Assembly (NCBI GenBank): GCA_963755715.1
Contig: CAVWLW010000059.1
Span: 192,001 to 256,000 of the forward strand
DNA from: an uncultured delta proteobacterium
GTDB lineage: Bacteria > Desulfobacterota > Binatia > UBA9968
DNA length: 64,000 nucleotides
Reading direction: 5' to 3'
In this document: piece after piece, positions 60,890 through 64,000 of the stretch
Layout: each line of letters begins with the position of its first letter
Position numbering within the stretch: position 1 is the stretch's first letter
Translations under genes and position numbers: made by a program
The notes under the pieces: model-generated
What the model was told of the DNA's origin: nothing
Seen by the model: only the letters and a program-made list of their open reading frames with translations
The model's database searches: none

Positions 60890-61354
60890 ATGGCCAAGTA
60901 TTCCCTTCGCGTAAACGGTAAGAATCAAGCCGTCGACGCAGAGCCCGACATGCCCTTGCTCTACGCTCTGCGCAACGATCTTCAACTCAATGGCCCGAAG
61001 TTCGGCTGCGGCCTGTCCCAATGCGGCGCTTGCACCGTCATCATGGACGGCAACGCCATTCGTTCCTGCGTCACTCCCGTCAGCGCGGCTCAGAACAAAT
61101 CGGTCACCACGCTCGAAGGCCTGGGCACGACCAAGAAGATGCACAAGATCCAGCAGGCCTTTGTCGACGAGCAGGCGGTGCAGTGCGGTTACTGCATCAA
61201 CGGCATGATCATGTCGACCAAGGCGCTGCTCGATAAAACTCCCAAGCCCACCGACAGCCAAATCAAGACCGCCTTGGCCGGCAACCTGTGCCGTTGCGGC
61301 ACGCATATCCGTATTCTTCGCGCGGTCAAGCGGGCATCCGGTCAGTTGGCCTAA
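60890..61354 (+). CDS. (2Fe-2S) small subunit, CoxS/IorA-like
   Basis: Intact 154 aa with both Cys clusters. Confidence 0.95.
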   Translation: MAKYSLRVNGKNQAVDAEPDMPLLYALRNDLQLNGPKFGCGLSQCGACTVIMDGNAIRSCVTPVSAAQNKSVTTLEGLGTTKKMHKIQQAFVDEQAVQCGYCINGMIMSTKALLDKTPKPTDSQIKTALAGNLCRCGTHIRILRAVKRASGQLA

Positions 61355-61368
61355 CAAGGAGCGAAACG

Positions 61369-63631
61369 ATGAAAACCATCGAACTCAATCGCAGACAATT
61401 TCTCAAAACCACCGGCGGATTGATCGTCAGCTTCAACTTGTTTCCCTCGCTGCCGGCATTCGGTCAATCGACCGTCGGACCCGGCATGGACGCGGACCCG
61501 ACTCAGCTCGATTCCTGGCTTGCGGTGGCGCCGGATGGCACGGTCACGGTTTTCAGCGGCAAGGTTGATCTTGGCACCGGCGTGGAAACCGCGCTGGCGC
61601 AAATCGTCGCGGAAGAGTTGGACGTGCCGTTTAACCGCATCCACATGATTGGGCTGGATACCAACAAGGCGATCAATCAAGGCACGACCTCTGGCAGTCG
61701 AACTATCGAACGGGGCGGCCCGCAATTGCGCCAAGCCGCCGCGGCGGCGCGCCAGGAGTTGCTAAAGCTCGCCGCCGCGCAATTGAACGCGCCGGTCGAA
61801 AAGTTGACCGTCGTCGACGGCGTGGTGAGCGACGGCGCGAAAAAGATTTCCTATGGCCAACTGATCGGCGGCAAAAAGTTCAACGTTAAGATCACCGCCA
61901 CGGGCACGGGCTGGGATATGAAAGTCGCGCCGGAGGTCCGCGCCAAAGATGTCAAAGATCACAAGGTCGTCGGCACGTCGCAGAAACGCATCGACCTGCC
62001 GGCCAAACTTACCGGCGAGTTTACTTATGCCAATGACGTGCGCATATCCGGCATGTTGCACGGTCGCGTGGTTCGCCCGCCGACGATCACATCGAAGCCG
62101 GCCAACATTGACGACAGCAGCGTCAAGAATATTCCTGGGTTGGTAAAGATCGTGCAGGAAGGCAGCTTCGTCGGCGTCGTGTGCCAGACTGAGTGGGCAG
62201 CGATTCGCGCCGCGAAAGCTCTCAAAGTATCGTGGTCGCAGCCGGCAACCAAAATGCCGGCCGGCGCGGACGAGATATTTGCTTACCTCAAAGACACCAA
62301 GAGCCTCAACGACCAGGTAACGGTCAACAAAGGCAACCCCGACAGTGCGCTCGCGCAAGCGAAGAAGACTTACGAGGCGACTTATCGATGGCCGTTTCAA
62401 ATGCATGGCATGATGGGTCCGCCCTGCGCCGTGGCCGACGTCGCCAAAGATCAGGTGACGATTTACACCGGGACCCAAGGTTCCTTTGAGACCCGCAAGG
62501 CGGTCGCCGAATTGCTTGGCCTTCCCGAATCCAACGTTCGCGTGCTCTATCGAGAAGCCTCCGGCAGTTACGGCCGCATGGGCGCCGACGATGCCGCTGA
62601 AGACGCGGCCCTCCTGTCACGCGCAGTGGGCAAACCGGTGCGCGTGCAGTGGATGCGCGACGACGAACATGGTTGGGAGCCCAAAGGCCCGGCGCAGTTG
62701 GATCTCATTCGCGCGGGTATCGACGGCGACGGCAAGATCATCGCCTGGGACTTTGCCGATCGAGGCTTTCCGCTCACTGCGGCTTCAGGCCGGGGCTTGC
62801 GGCTCCTGGCTTCGCGCCAAATCGGCATGAAACCCACGGCCAACGGCAATTCCAACGGCACCCGCGGCGGCGGCGAAATGTATGCGTTCGAAAATCAAAA
62901 GTGCGCCGCGCCGCTGATTCCATGGGTCCAAGCCGACGAAACACCGCTTCGCACCGGATATCTGCGCGCTCCCGGCGACATCGCGCGTTGTTTTGCCAGC
63001 GAGTCGTTCATGGACGAGATCGCGGCAGACTTGCGCGTCGACCCGGTGCAGTTCCGCATGCGTTACCTCGGCGCCAACAAGCGCGGCGCGGAAGCCTTGG
63101 CCGCCGTCGTAAAGCAAGCCCAATGGCAGGAGAGGCCATCGCCCGCGGCAACGTCGTCGCGGCGCGAAAGCAGCGGGCAGAGGCGTGGCCATCTCCAATC
63201 GCGCCGAGACGATCTGCGGCGCCGTGGCCGAAGTAGAAGTGGACACGTCGACGGGCAATGTCGCGGTGAAACGCTTCGTGCTCTCGCATGACTGCGGACT
63301 GATCATCAATCCCGACGGACTGAAAAACCAGATCGAGGGGAATATTATTCAGGGCGTCAGCCGAGCGCTCATGGAAGAGGTCAAATTCGATTCGACTGGA
63401 ATCAAGACTCTCGATTGGAACAGTTACCCGGTAATCCGATTTCCAAGCGTTCCGGAAATCGAAATCATACTGATCAACCGCCCGGAGATGCCCGCCCTCG
63501 GCGGCGGCGAGCCATCCAGCGCACCGATCGCCGCGGCGATTGCCAATGCGATTTTTGACGCTGTCGGCGTGCGCCTGCGCGAAGCGCCGTTCACACCGGA
63601 ACGCGTGCTGGCAGGCTTGAAAAAAGCGTGA
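61369..63631 (+). CDS. xanthine-oxidase-family molybdopterin subunit with Tat signal; frameshift near 63160
   Basis: NRRQFLK, paralogue of 58464; C-terminus in ORF 63185-63631. Confidence 0.88.
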
Positions 63632-63640
63632 GAGTGATTT

Positions 63641-63688
63641 GGGGATTGGCCACTTTCGATTTGTGAAAAGTTGCCAATCCCCTTGTTT
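63641..63688 (+). terminator. rho-independent terminator
   Basis: GGGGATTGGC...GCCAATCCCC followed by TTGTTT. Confidence 0.6.
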
Positions 63689-63717
63689 CCTACGGACCGA
63701 TTAGGATGGCCTCTCTC

Positions 63718-64000
63718 CTATCCCATCCGGCCGTGGCGCATGCCGGCGTATTCACATGAGCATGGCATTCTGGGGATCGCAGGCCCTTCAATATTTTGGC
63801 TAACCCCTTCCCACCATACTGTTCTATCCAGAACTTGATTGGTTCCGCTTGTTGGAGATACAAGTCTTTGCATTAACAGCCCGCCAAGACTATGGAGGTT
63901 CCAATGGCAAGCCCAGCATCGGTTTCGCTCCTCGGTTCCGCAACCGTATTTGTCGTTAAAGATGTCCTGCGCAGCGTCCAGCATTACTGCGAGGTGCTTG
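63718..64000 (-). CDS. possible 3' end of a hypothetical protein running off the window
   Basis: Frame open to the window edge; contains CWACH. Confidence 0.3.
   Translation of the reverse strand, partial: KHLAVMLDAAQDIFNDKYGCGTEERNRCWACHWNLHSLGGLLMQRLVSPTSGTNQVLDRTVWWEGVSQNIEGPAIPRMPCSCEYAGMRHGRMG

Noticed and set aside
1-64000. CRISPR array, tRNA, rRNA, transposase, prophage; many antisense or overlapping ORFs
   Set aside because: No regularly spaced repeat-spacer units or recognisable RNA or phage genes by eye; shadow ORFs are expected at high GC

Overview
GC-rich bacterial chromosomal segment. The gene content suggests a Binatia/deltaproteobacteria-like soil or sediment MAG (inference). 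About 15 periplasmic substrate-binding proteins (SsuA/NMT1-like, TctC/Bug, Fe3+-type, family 5) occur with no cognate permease or ATPase, interleaved with catabolic enzymes: amidohydrolases, VOC proteins, UbiD, MmgE/PrpD, a PqqC/CADD-like protein, a thiolase-like/OB-fold fusion, a DMSO-reductase-family enzyme, class I fumarase and two Tat-exported xanthine-oxidase-family molybdoenzymes. About 20 single-base frameshifts, one in fumarase, suggest consensus indel errors, so split ORFs are mostly joined here. Structure not visible in the ORF track: (1) an unannotated UxxC selenoprotein with a SECIS-like hairpin (Sec codon 32206-32208); (2) REP-like hairpins wrapped in three different IS-end-like MITE shells, one triple-nested with a 4-bp target duplication (28481-28668); (3) two insertions (a TA module and a 5-kb two-component/desaturase island), each bracketed by a diverged duplicate of the 3' end of the adjacent gene; (4) an integron attC site with cassette-like genes but no integrase; (5) a ~115-bp micro-inversion inside an AI-2E pseudogene; (6) short-tandem-repeat hairpins around a four-helix-bundle gene. 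No rRNA, tRNA, CRISPR array, transposase or phage genes were recognised.
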